Below, one piece after another: positions 1-11,298 of a DNA stretch of 64,000 nucleotides (positions are counted from its first letter, which is position 1; the number at the start of each line of letters is the position of its first letter). This DNA comes from an uncultured Chloroflexia bacterium (GTDB lineage Bacteria; Chloroflexota; Anaerolineae; B4-G1; SLSP01). Under the pieces are notes generated by a model. It saw only the letters and a program-made list of their open reading frames with translations, searched no databases and was not told the origin of the DNA. Location of the stretch: positions 320,001 through 384,000 of the forward strand of contig CAVVUS010000011.1 in the NCBI GenBank assembly GCA_963751345.1. The letters are read 5' to 3'. The translations under genes were made by a program, and so were the position numbers.

Positions 1-115
1 GGCCGGCCAACCTCCATCTCGCAACGGCCCGCTGCAGACGTGTGCGCACCCTCTGCAGCTCGACTTGCAGATAGGCGCTGTCCACATCGACCGGCGTAGA
101 GATCTGCTCTGGCAC
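1..115 (-). CDS. 5' end of a gene truncated by the window edge (MPEQISTPVDVDSAYLQVELQRVRTRLQRAVARWRLAG...)
   Basis: Hand translation: GTG at 115, preceded by GAAGGGGG, open to the edge. Function cannot be assigned from 38 codons. Confidence 0.5.
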   Translation of the reverse strand, partial: MPEQISTPVDVDSAYLQVELQRVRTRLQRAVARWRLAG

Positions 116-272
116 CCTTGCCCCCTTCGGGAATGGTGGCTCGCAGTATTAAACACAATACATTCCGTCGAACCGTCGTTACCAGTATAGACGATTTCGT
201 GAATAAATGCAACATCCTTCGTGTTTATTTGGTCCGCAAGGTTTGGGTGGGATATGGTAGAATCCACCTGCG

Positions 273-2890
273 ATGGCGAGATACGAGGCGTACTTCAACG
301 AGAACTGGTCGCTCCTGCAGCAGGCGGAGCTCTACCGGCCTGGCCCCAACCCGACCTTTCGAAACCCAGGCTTCGAGACGGCATCGTTCCGGGCGCTGAT
401 CGTGCGGTTATCCCCCTTCCGCGACGTCAGCCGCTCGACGCCCCACCTCTTTCTCTATCAGGCGGTCAGGCGGGCGCTTCCTGATGCGTATATTGATATG
501 GCGTTCTTCCCACCGGAGTATGATCGCGCGCGTCTGGCCGGCGCGGGAATCCCCTTCCTTGTGGGCGCGGAATCCTGGCGCGATGCCGGCGACTTCGATG
601 TCGTGCTGGTCTCCAATGCCTACACGCTCGAACTGATCAACCTGCCCTATCTGCTGATCAACTCGGCTGTCCCGACGCTGGCGAGCCGGCGTGACGAGGG
701 TTGGCCCCCCATCATCCTGGGCGGCTCAAACGCGTTGGCCTCCCAGGCACTGCTCACACCGGAGGGCGACAGTGTCGTGGATGCGCTCTTCTTTGGGGAA
801 GGGGAGCGTGAGGTCGAGGTGCTGGTGAAAGAGCTTCGCGCGCATCGCGATCTGGATAAGCGCGACCGGTTGCTGACGGCCGCAGGCCGTGTGACCGGAC
901 TCTGGGTGGCCAACGGTCCCCCCGATCAGAAGGTGAGTAAGGCCGTCTGCCGGGTGCCCTCGTCCGAGGACCTCATCGTCGACTATCCCTCGCTCAACGG
1001 TGAGGAGGCGTCCACCGCCAGGCTTCAGATTAGCTTTGGGTGCCCTGCCTTCTGCTCGTTCTGCTTCGAGGGCTACGATCGGAAGCCTTATCGCGAGGTC
1101 TCACAGGCCGACGTGCTCCACGCAGCGGACCGGCTGAAGGCGACCCAGGGGGTCGAGGCTATCGACGTCTTCAGCTTCAACTTCAATACCCACGAGGAGA
1201 TCCTTTCCCTGCTCCTTGAGCTGAACCGGCGCTTCGACCGGGTCAACGTACAGAGCCAGCGCGTGGATCTGCTGGCCGTGATGCCAAGCCTTCTCGCTGC
1301 CGAGGTAGCAGCCGACAAGCGCAGCTTCACGCTGGGCATCGAGGGTATCAGCCACCGGATGCGGGCTTTCCTCCACAAGAGTCTCGACGATGCCGAAATC
1401 GATGCTGTCCTCGTCAGGCTGATGCAGGAGAAGATTCGCGAGATCAAGCTCTTCTACATCCTCACCGGGCACGAGAGCGAGCAGGATCTGGCCGAGTTCC
1501 ACGAATTCGTGCTCGACTTGAAGGCGTGGCGGCAGCGCTACAATCGTGGCCTTCGGGTGATCTTCAGCTTCGGGCTGCTGATTCGCATGCCGTTCACACC
1601 GCTGCGCTACGACCGCCTCTTCCTGGATGAGGACGAATGGCGCCGGATCACCGGGCCGGTGAAGTCCTCATGTGAGACCAACGGCTTCGAGTTCCGGCTT
1701 GCCACCACCTGGGAGGAGTACGCAGCCTCGCAAGTGTTGGCGCTGGGCGGGACTTGGCTCTCCGAACCCGTCTTGGCTCTCGCCGCGGAGGGCCATTGCT
1801 ATGACCTGCAGTTGTCCCCCGGCTATTGGGAGGCCCTCAGGGGATGGATGGTCGACCACGGCCATTGGGACGATGCCTTCTTGGGCGTGAAAGGGCCGGA
1901 CACGGCCTTTGCCCTGGGCTTCGTCAGCTCCGATGCGACGCCGGGTCTGCTGTATTCGCAGTTCGAGCAGGCCATCGCCGGCGAGGACGAGGGCTACTGC
2001 CTCGGCGAGGTCGGTACGCCCGGCGGTGTTGGCGAGCCGGGCAGATGCCTGGGATGCGGCGCCTGCACGACGTCCGAGGAGCGCGCCGCGATCACGCAGC
2101 ACACGATGCGCCACCCGGGCCCCCGGTATCTCAACGATCTCAAGGCCGCAATGCAGGCGAAATGGCGTGCCCGCCCCATCTACGTGCGGGTGTGGCTGCC
2201 GCCGACTGTGGCGACGGCTGATCCGGCGTGGACGAACGCCCTCGTGATGCGGGCACTGCTGGGCTCCTGCCCCGAGCTTGCCGATAGCGTGCTCTCGGTC
2301 CGTGAGAGCCTCTTTTCGGTGAAGGGTGCCGCAGCCCGCTACGTGGGGCTCTTCGGCGAGACTGTGGTCGCGATCAAGGCTTGGGATCGAGACAGCGACC
2401 GGGACCTATCCGCTCTCCTGGCGGAGCGCATCGCCATGGATAAGGATCTGTCGGAGGGGGTGCGGCTGCTTGAAGTGCTCGACGGATTCGAGCCGGGTAG
2501 CCTTCGAGCGAATGCGCCTTCGCCTGGAGTTGCCGGCGAGGCACTTCCCGGACGCGGGACGCCAACTGCGCCACTATCTGCAGGGGCAGTACGTACCCGT
2601 GAACCTGCGGGGTCAGCGACGGCGGCTATGTCTTCGATATTCCCGAGAAGGCGCGCAAGAAGCGTGTGATCTTCGAGGGACACTATCATGAGGTCGACGG
2701 GACCTTTCGGGCGGAGCTGGTGGTCAGCCCGAAGTTCGATCTCGTCGCGTACTTGCGCTCCTTTCCCCACGCTGCGTATGAGCGCGAGGCGCAGGCGGAA
2801 GTTCGGGAGCTCGTAGCTGTGATTGTGATGCGTTTCCGGTGGTCTGTTACCGATTCCTCGTCCTCAGACGGCACGGGGGCGCACGTATGA
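273..2890 (+). CDS. Large radical SAM protein (TIGR03960-like), two apparent frameshifts near 2500 and 2610
   Basis: CPAFCSFC (CxxxCxxC) and a second Cys cluster CLGCGAC. The C-terminus continues in ORFs 2326..2691 and 2666..2890. Stop overlaps the next start (ATGA). Confidence 0.8.
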
Positions 2891-3561
2891 CCGGCGAGTC
2901 GCCGCGGCGCCTGATCCCGGCGCGGGAGATGCGGATCGAGATGATCGTGGTCAACTCCCGCTTCATCGCGACCGCCGGCCCGGCTTTCAGCGTCGAGGAA
3001 GCGCGCGCCTTCGTCGACCGGACGCGCGCCGAGTTCGCGGATGCCTCGCACAACGTCCCCGCCTTCGTCATTGGCCACGGCAGCAGCGTCATCGCCCACT
3101 GCACCGACGACGGCGAGCCCTCCGGTACGGCGGGCAGGCCTGCGCTGGCGGTGCTGCAGGGCAGCGGAATCGGCGATGCCGTCGTCGTCGTCACCCGCTA
3201 TTTCGGCGGCACCAAGTTGGGGACGGGAGGCCTGGTACGCGCCTACGGCGATGCCGTCCGCGAGGTGTTGCGCGTCCTGCCATTGGCCGAGAAGGTGCCC
3301 ACGCAGACGGTGATGGTCGCGCTGCCCTATAGCCTCTTCGAGCGGGCCAAGCTCGTCATCTCCGAGCTGCAGGGCCTGGTCCTGGACGAGGAGTTCGCGG
3401 GAGACGTCACGCTGACCGTCCGCTTCGTGCGCGACCAGGTCGCGGGGTTCCAGGAGCGGCTGCGCGAGCTCAGCGCCGGCAAGATCGAGGCCCTGGTCGT
3501 CGAGACCGACGACGAGACGATCATGCCCGTTGGCATGGTTGGTGCGGACATCCTAGAATAA
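2887..3561 (+). CDS. yigZ: YigZ/IMPACT family protein
   Basis: SRFIA, ASHNVPAF, DDGEPSGTAG, VVVTRYFGGTKLGTGGLVRAY motifs. Confidence 0.92.
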   Translation: MTGESPRRLIPAREMRIEMIVVNSRFIATAGPAFSVEEARAFVDRTRAEFADASHNVPAFVIGHGSSVIAHCTDDGEPSGTAGRPALAVLQGSGIGDAVVVVTRYFGGTKLGTGGLVRAYGDAVREVLRVLPLAEKVPTQTVMVALPYSLFERAKLVISELQGLVLDEEFAGDVTLTVRFVRDQVAGFQERLRELSAGKIEALVVETDDETIMPVGMVGADILE

Positions 3562-4095
3562 ATAGCATTAGGCAGTAGCGGCCGGTCGAGCGGAGACCCG
3601 AGGAACGTTCCGGGCTGATCTGCGATCCGCGGGTGCCCTCAGTTGACCGTCGGGTGCACAGCATTTCCATCGGTCTGGCGTTCCTTCGCTTCCCTCGCTA
3701 TGAGCAACTCTGATCGGCGGCCCCCTCTTCCTACAGTTACCCCCTTTCATCTCTCCGGCGGTTGCCTCCAACTATTGCCACCTCTGGTCCAACCCAATCC
3801 GGCGGTTTGTCTTTCGGATCTGCACTATCATAAATAGTATCTGTTATTGAGATTCCGCCTGTTGCGCTCCAGACGCGTGATTTGATTGTTTTCTCGTAGA
3901 TGTTCAACCCTTTAGCTTGGATCACCTCGGACTGGTGGCTTTGCTGCAGTGGTATCGAGTCCGACGTGAGCATAGTGGACAGTCACGATCGGGTGGGTGT
4001 CTCTGGAATTCGGGAACGTGCGGAGACGTTGGGTGGCACGCTGGCGGGGTTAGCGTCGTTGGTGCCGGGACGACACTAGGCTGTGGAGGTGCTCT

Positions 4096-4779
4096 ATGGC
4101 AGCGCGGATTCTCATCGCTGATGATCACCCGGTGCTTCGAGCAGGGTTGCGTGCCCTGCTCGGTGACGAGCCCAGCTTCAGGATTGTAGGCGAGGCGGCT
4201 GATTGGGATGAGATGATGCGGATGGCTGCGAACTTACAGCCCGATGTCGTGATATTGGACCTTGGGATGCTGGGGTGGCGTGCTGGCACGGAGCGCCTGG
4301 TCGAAATGCGGCCTGATATCTGTGTCCTGGTGCTCAGGGCGTCGGAAGAAACGTCGATGATGCATGCGGCTCTTCAAGCCGGTGCCAATGGTTTTGTCGC
4401 CAAACGTGTCGTAGAGTCAGAGCTTATGACCGCGATCCACGCCGTCGCACACGGTGATATCTACGTCCGCTCGAGTATGACGCGAGGCGCAGAATCGCTT
4501 GATTCGAGTGCGTCGAGTTCCGGTGCGCCTGACTCGCAGATGCAGCGCTTTCCTGACCGGACCTGTGTCGAGGCTCTGACGCCGCGAGAGACTGATGTGC
4601 TGCGACTCATCGCGCTGGGTTACACGAATCTCCAGATGGCGAGCGAACTCCGCATCAGCGTACGTACTGTGGAGACCTACCGCGAGAATCTCATGGCCAA
4701 GTTGGACATGCACACGCGTGTGGAACTGGTCCGGTATGCACTGGACCAGGGCCTCCTCGAAATGGTTGTGTCCGGATGA
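4096..4779 (+). CDS. NarL/FixJ-family response regulator
   Basis: ILIADDH receiver, DVVILD, LuxR HTH LTPRETDVLRLIALGYTN...TVETYR. Confidence 0.93.
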   Translation: MAARILIADDHPVLRAGLRALLGDEPSFRIVGEAADWDEMMRMAANLQPDVVILDLGMLGWRAGTERLVEMRPDICVLVLRASEETSMMHAALQAGANGFVAKRVVESELMTAIHAVAHGDIYVRSSMTRGAESLDSSASSSGAPDSQMQRFPDRTCVEALTPRETDVLRLIALGYTNLQMASELRISVRTVETYRENLMAKLDMHTRVELVRYALDQGLLEMVVSG

Positions 4780-4966
4780 AGATGTGCGCTGGTCTCTGTA
4801 ACCGCCGTGACTCCGGATCTTTCTCCCGTCAATAGCACTCGAATCCTGCGTCTATCCGCCCATCGCTGTCAGGTCCGAACTCGCTCAAAGTCCTTAGTGC
4901 CTGCTTGGTGGACCCTCGAGGCACGGGGGTCCGAGACTCGCGTCTCGCTCGGAAGGAGGAAGGCTG

Positions 4967-7322
4967 ATGTCCGATATGCCAGGAAGCGAGTATCGTTATC
5001 TGGGGCGGTCCGTGCCGCGCAAGGATGGCCTCGACAAAGTGCACGGACGGCTTCGCTATGCGGATGATCTACATCCGCCAGGGTGCCTGCACGCAGCGCT
5101 TCTCACCAGCCCCCACGCGCACGCGCGAATCGTCAGCATCGATAGATCCGCGGCGGAAGCTGCGCCCGGCGTGCGTGCCGTGCTCACTGGGGCAGATTTC
5201 CCGATACGGCTGGGTGTTTACCTTGGCGACACGCCTCCCTTGGCCCGAGGCAAAGTGCGTCACTATGGCGAACCTGTCGCGGCTGTGATTGCCGATGCAC
5301 CCTACCAGGCCATGGCCGCGATTGATCTCATCCGCGTCGATTACGAGCCGCTGCCCGTGGTCAACAGTACCCGCGATGCTCTTGCTCCGGGTGCGCCGAT
5401 CATCCACGAGGAGATGGCTTCCTACTTGCATATCCCACCGATCCATCCCGAGCCGGGCTCCAACATCGCGAACCGGACCCGGATCCGGAAGGGGGACGTC
5501 GTCTCCGCGATGGCGCAGGCGGACGTCGAAGTGAGTCTGGACTTTTCGTTCCCGCCTGGGGATCACGTCGCCATCGAGCCGCGGGTGGCGATCGCGGAGA
5601 TCAAGGCAGACGGGGCGGTTGTGATCCGCTCCTCGACGCAGGCGCCCTTCGTCGTCCGAGCGCTGATGAGCATCCTCTTCGACATCCCAACCGGCAAGAT
5701 CGTGATCGAAGCGCCACCGATCGGCGGCGGTTTTGGCGGCAAGGCCGGCATCCAGTTGGAGGGACTGGCCTACTCTGCTCTCGAAGTCCGTGGGTGGGCG
5801 ACCCGTGAGGCTGGTGAACAGCCGCGAGGACGACTTAGTTTCGTCGCCTGGCCACATCGGGCTGGAAGCCAGCGTGAAACTGGGTGCGACGCGCGACGGC
5901 CGGCTCGTCGCCGCGGACTTGCTCTATCTATTCGACTCGGGTGGCTACGCCGATTACGCCGTCAATATCAGCCGGGCCGGCGCGATCGCTGCGCCGGGAC
6001 CCTACAACGTCCCCAATATCCGTACCGATGCCCTGTGCGTCTATACCAACCATCCCTTCGCTACGGCCTACCGTGGGTTTGGCCACGAGATCGTCTATCC
6101 GGTGGAGCGCGCAATGGACGAGTTGGCAGCAAGGCTGGGGATGGACCCGGTTGCGCTTCGTGCAAAGAATGCCATTCGGCCTGGAGATCTGTCGCCAACG
6201 CAGTCGGTGATGGACCCGAGCACGGGTGATCTCGCCCGGTGTCTTGAGGAGGTGGCCCGCATGATCGGCTGGGAGGAGGGGGCGCGGGTCGATCTGGGTG
6301 GGGGCAAGGTGCGCGCCAAGGGGGTTGGCGCTTTCTGGAAATCGCCGGCGATGCCGACCAACACGGATGCCGGCGCGGTCCTCACCTTCAACGAGGACGG
6401 CAGCCTCAATCTGAGCAGCGGCATCGTCGAGATCGGGCAGGGCACCTATACCGGGGTCGCCCAGCTTCTCGCGGAGCGCTTTGGCATATCGCCTGACAGC
6501 GTGCACGTCGATCCCGAGATCCGGACGCACCGCGCTCCTCACGACTGGGCGACAGCAGCCAGCCGTTCGCTCTTCATGGTAGGGCGCGCAGCCCTGGCTG
6601 CTGCGGACGATGCCATCGAGCAGATCAAAGCAACGGCCTCCGCGCCGCTCCGCTGCCCGGCCGAAGACCTGGCGGTTGCCGGTGGGCGCGTCTACGTTCG
6701 CGATGACCCCGCCCGCGGACTCGATCTGCGCGAGGTCGTTCTTGGCTACGTCTACCCGACGGGCGAGGCCATTGGAGGCCAGGTCATCGGACGGGGTAAT
6801 TACATCGCCCGCGGCCTGACGGACATCGACGCCGACACCGGGGAGGGGCATCCTGCGCTTGAATGGACCATCGGAGCTGAGGCGGTCGAGGTGGAGGTCG
6901 ATCTTCGCGACGGCTCGCTCGAGATTCTCAAGGCAGTCTGTGCCATGGATGTGGGCACGCTGATCAACCCGGCGTTGGCGCGCGGGCAGGTTGTCGGGGG
7001 CATGGCGATGTCGCTAGGTGTCGCCACGACGGAGGGCTTCATCTTTGATGGCCAGGGGCGCGTCGCTAACGACATCCTTCGGGACTTCAAGATCCCTCGC
7101 TACGGCGAGCAGCCCGTCTACGACGTGGCCTTTGTGACGACGCTGCAGGGCGATGGCCCCTACGGCGCGCGCGGGCTGGGCGAGCAGGGGGTCCTGGGCA
7201 TTCCCTCGGCGGTCGCAAACGCCGTCTCGCGGGCCATCGGACGTCCGGTGAACCGTCTGCCCATCACACCGGAGCGGATCTGGGAGATCCTTCACGAGGC
7301 GCCGGAAGGAGGTGACGCATGA
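4967..7322 (+). CDS. Xanthine dehydrogenase/aldehyde oxidoreductase family molybdopterin-binding subunit (frameshift ~5770)
   Basis: SPHAHARI, GGGFGGK, AYRGFG, EIGQG, GARGLGE, split over ORFs 4967..6229 and 5733..7322. RBS AGGAAGG. Confidence 0.9.
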
Positions 7323-8144
7323 TCCCCCATAACTTCGTCTACTATCGGCCGTTAACGCTTCAGGAGGCAGTGGAGGCCTACGTCGAGGCTGCCGCAGAGG
7401 GACTCGACACGCTCTACTATGCCGGTGGGACAGAGATCCTCACGTATGCCAGAAAGGGGAATCTGCGGCCGGGCGCCGTCATCGACATCAAGCACATCCC
7501 CGACTGCGTCGTCCTGACGCGCGACGGCAGCCGGCATGTGTTCGGGTCCGCGCTTACGCTCAATACGGTCATCGAGGACGGACGCTTCCCACTCCTGGCG
7601 CAAGCGGCGCAGATCGTCGATCACACCGTGCGCAATCGACTGACGCTGGGTGGGAACATCGCCGGGCGACTTCCTTACCGTGAGACCGTACTGCCGTTCC
7701 TCTTGGCCGACGCGCAGGTCCGGCTGGTTGGCCCCGATGGAGAGCGACTCGAATCACTACGAGACGTCTTCGATCGCAGGCTCCAGCTGACGCCCGGCGA
7801 ACTGCTGGTCAGCCTCTCTGTGCCTGCGGAGGTGGCGGCGATGCCGTGGTTCTACCGGCGACGTGTGCGGAAGACGCGGCTCGACTATCCGATCCTCACT
7901 GCCTGCTTCACTGCAGGTGAACGGCGGGATCCATATGGCGACGACGGCGGCCTTTGGATTCCCAGTGACAAGTACTCGCGTCGACGCGATGCTCAATGAC
8001 GACGCCGTGCCGGTGTCGGAGCGGCCCGCGCGCATCGTCGAGGCGACCGGTCTGCGGGTTGCCGGCAACATCAGGGCCGGTGCAGCCTACCGCCGCGCGC
8101 TGCTCGAAGCCGCGATTGGCGAAGCACTGGACGCGCTGCGCTAG
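7319..8144 (+). CDS. Xanthine dehydrogenase family FAD-binding subunit (frameshift ~7915)
   Basis: YAGGTE and VRNRLTLGGNI. C-terminus in ORF 7863..8144. ATGA coupling to the Mo subunit. Confidence 0.88.
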
Positions 8145-8161
8145 GCAGGAGGGAGCGAGAC

Positions 8162-8639
8162 ATGATCAGGTATCGAGACTTTGTAGCACTCACGTTGAGC
8201 GTCAACGGCGAGGAACGCCGCGTCACGGTGCGTCCTGCGGACACACTGCTGCACGTGCTGCGCGACACGTTGGGGCTTACCGGCACTAAGGTCGGATGTG
8301 AGAACGGCGACTGTGGCGCGTGCACCGTGTTGGTGGATGGCAGAGCCCTCGAAATCGTGCATGATCCTGGCAGTTGAGGTCGAGGAGCGTGAGATCACGA
8401 CCATCGAGGGGCTGAGGGACACAGCCATCCAGACAGCCTTTCTTGACGAGAACGGCTTTCAGTGTGGGTTTTGCACCTCCGGCTTCATCGTCAATGCCTA
8501 CGCGCTCCTTCAAGCACATCCCAATCCCGACTCGGAGACGATTCGCACGTGGCTGGAGGGAAACCTCTGTCGCTGCACGGGCTATGAGGGCATCGAGCGA
8601 GCTGTGAAGGCGGCATCAGACGCTGGAATCATGGACTAG
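8162..8639 (+). CDS. (2Fe-2S)-binding subunit of the Mo-hydroxylase (frameshift ~8345)
   Basis: TGTKVGCENGDCGACTV, FQCGFCTSG, GNLCRCTGY. Confidence 0.9.
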
Positions 8640-8808
8640 AACGACTGCGCGGATTGCAGGGATGGCGCCATTGCCGCGAGCACAACAGGGCAATGGCGCC
8701 AAGGTCAGCCAAGTGCGGCGGAGGTCTTTGGAGCGCCGGCACTTGGCATGTCGCATCATTCGTGAAATCCGTGCCATCCGTCCGCGTCCGAGCGGTCGAA
8801 TCCGTGAT

Positions 8809-10470
8809 TCAGATGGTCTCCTCCGTGCTGAAATAGCCTGTTGCACCGTCCGGCAGCGTGCCCCTCTTCTGCGAGGTCTGCAACTGCCCGTTGCCATCGG
8901 TCGCGCGGACCGTGAACGTGTGCTTTCCGGGTGTGGAAGGCCACTCGTAGCGCCACTGGACCCACGTGAGCGGGCCGAGCGGCGGGGTCCGCAGGGCAAC
9001 CTCTGTCCACGCGCCGCCATCTACCTGTACCTCAACACTCTGGATTCCACGTCCCCCGGCCCAGGCGATGCCGCCGATCGGCACGAAGCCGTCGTGCGCC
9101 AAGTCCTTAGCCACCACGTCGATCACCGACGTCGTGTTCGGAATGGCTTTCTTGCTCCAGCCCCGGTCCGTCCAATAGCCGCCCTTGTCGTCGGCGGTGG
9201 CCTCGATGCGCTCGATCCACTTCGGCTGCTTCATGCCGAACCGATCCGGGATGTAGATACGCAGCGGGTAGCCGTGTTTTCTCGGCAGGCTCATACCGTC
9301 CATCCCGTAGACGAGGAGCGTCTCAGGGTTCATCATGTCGGCCATCGGGACGGTCTCGTAGAAGCCATCCGCCGACTGGATATAGAGGTAGTTAGCCCCG
9401 GATTTTAGCCCCAGGTCGTTGAGCAGGTCACTCAGTCTGAGCCCGCTCCAGTAGGCCGTGCTGATCGCGCTCCCTCCCAGGGGATTCGAGATGCAGGCCA
9501 GGGTGATGGGCTGCGTGTAGACCGGGTACTTGCGGAGATCGGTCAGTGTGAGCCGGGGCGTGTTGTCAAACATCCCCGCCATCACCAGTTCCCACGCGTT
9601 GCCATCGATGTTCGGCGGCACAGCCGCGATATCCACGTTGTAGAATTGACCCTCGGGCGTCTCCTCAGGGCGTGTGCCCGGCACGGGCACGATGCGCCCG
9701 TCGTCGCCGATGGGCAAGGCCGCCACCCCTGCCGGAGGAGGGGTGGGTGTGGTGCCCGCGGTAACGGGCAGCGTCGGCGTGGGCTCAAGCCCCGCCAGCG
9801 GCTGGTCCGGCCCCGGAGCGCCCGAGCCGGCTGCGACCGGCTGGGAGGGGGCGGCTGGCTTCTGGGTACTGATGAGCCTCTCGATACCCAACGCCACGAT
9901 CGCGGCGGCAATGCTGCCTGCTGCGAGCTGGATCAAGCCCTTGCGACGCTGGGAATCAGTCTCCGCGGCCAGCGACGTGAAGACGTTACCGTCAACCAGG
10001 GCGCCGACGCTAATCCCCCAGACGACAAAGAGCACAGCCAGCGACAGAAGCGAAATCGCTGTGTTGTCGAGGCCGACCGTGAGTTCCATCGCTGCGACTA
10101 GGATGAACAGCACAGCCCCCGCCATAGCACCCAACAGCCAACCCCTGCGGCTGCTGCGCCGCTTGATCCACGCGACGCCCAGACCCCAGAGCGCAAGGAT
10201 GCCAATGCTGATCACAACGGCACCGACCTGCGATGCGTTCTTGCCCCAGATCGATTCCGGGGCCCCGAAGATCCTGGCCAGCGTCCCGCCGATACCGGCC
10301 ACCGCGAGGGAGAGCAGGTTCCTCGGAACCACGAGTGCCTGCCACGTCCAGAAATCAAAGGGCACAAATGGCAACTGATACAGCGTGTTCCCCAGGTAGA
10401 GCAGTGCCAACAACAGAATGCCTGTCAGGCCGCCCACCCATGCCCCAACCGAAAGCCTCAGCTTGTTCAT
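8809..10470 (-). CDS. Membrane-anchored sulfite-oxidase-family molybdopterin oxidoreductase
   Basis: N-terminal TM segments, twin-Arg-like QRRKGLIQL, Pro-rich linker, TLACISN (Mo-Cys), HGYPLR, GMKQPKWI, VRATDG. Confidence 0.9.
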   Translation of the reverse strand: MNKLRLSVGAWVGGLTGILLLALLYLGNTLYQLPFVPFDFWTWQALVVPRNLLSLAVAGIGGTLARIFGAPESIWGKNASQVGAVVISIGILALWGLGVAWIKRRSSRRGWLLGAMAGAVLFILVAAMELTVGLDNTAISLLSLAVLFVVWGISVGALVDGNVFTSLAAETDSQRRKGLIQLAAGSIAAAIVALGIERLISTQKPAAPSQPVAAGSGAPGPDQPLAGLEPTPTLPVTAGTTPTPPPAGVAALPIGDDGRIVPVPGTRPEETPEGQFYNVDIAAVPPNIDGNAWELVMAGMFDNTPRLTLTDLRKYPVYTQPITLACISNPLGGSAISTAYWSGLRLSDLLNDLGLKSGANYLYIQSADGFYETVPMADMMNPETLLVYGMDGMSLPRKHGYPLRIYIPDRFGMKQPKWIERIEATADDKGGYWTDRGWSKKAIPNTTSVIDVVAKDLAHDGFVPIGGIAWAGGRGIQSVEVQVDGGAWTEVALRTPPLGPLTWVQWRYEWPSTPGKHTFTVRATDGNGQLQTSQKRGTLPDGATGYFSTEETI

Positions 10471-10758
10471 AGCTCCCCTCCATTCGTACGATACAACCTA
10501 TGGCATACGCTGCACCTCTGCACTCGCTTCCCAGGCTCCCCCCCGGGCGAGGATACCTAATAACCTAGATACTAGTTTACAATACTCCTGCCAATTGGCA
10601 ATACGATACTTGTTGCTGAGTTCCAGCGCAGTGCACATACGGTTTGAGTTCTGCGGGTCCCGTGCTAAGATGGTGCCTGCCGTCCGTTTCCTCACCGCCC
10701 CGCGTGGCATACCATCACGCCCCGGGGTTCATCCATCAATCCAGTAGGAGGTATGCAT

Positions 10759-11290
10759 ATGAACGAGACACTTCAGACGATGTGGAAGCGCAGGAGCATC
10801 CGCAAATATCAGGAGATCGACATCGCGGAGGAGGACCTGACACTTGATCCTGGAGGCCGCGCGACGGGCACCCACCGGTGCGAACCGCCAGAACTGGCGG
10901 ATGGTCGTCGTTCGGGACCCCGAGCTCCGCCGGCGCACCGCCGAAGCGTGCAATGGCCAGATGTGGATGGCGCAGGCGCCCGTTATCCTCTGCCTTGCCG
11001 TGCTGCCCGGCGAAGGCAAGGTCAACGGTGGCATTGTGCTGGATCACGCGGTCCTGGCAGCGACCAGCCTCGGCTACGGCACGTGCTGGATTGGTGCCTA
11101 CAGCGCCTCGAAGGTGAAAGCGGTGCTGGGCATCCCGGAAGATCACGACATTGTCAATCTGGTGCCCGTCGGCGTCCCCGCAGACGATCCCAAGCCACGT
11201 GGGCGCAAGCCTGCCGTAGAGCTGTTCTTCGAAGATCAGTTCGGCGAGGGCCTCGATTTCGATCCGGTAGAGCTGTCCCCGGGGTCGTAG
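10759..11290 (+). CDS. Nitroreductase family protein (frameshift ~10845)
   Basis: RBS AGGAGG. KRRSIRKY, then ILEAARRAPTGANRQNW and GYGTCWIGA in the next frame. Confidence 0.88.
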
Positions 11291-11298
11291 GCCGCCTG

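Noticed and set aside
196-214. Rex-like operator TTCGTGAATAAATGCAACA
   Set aside because: The right half-site departs too far from TTCACAA to be supported.
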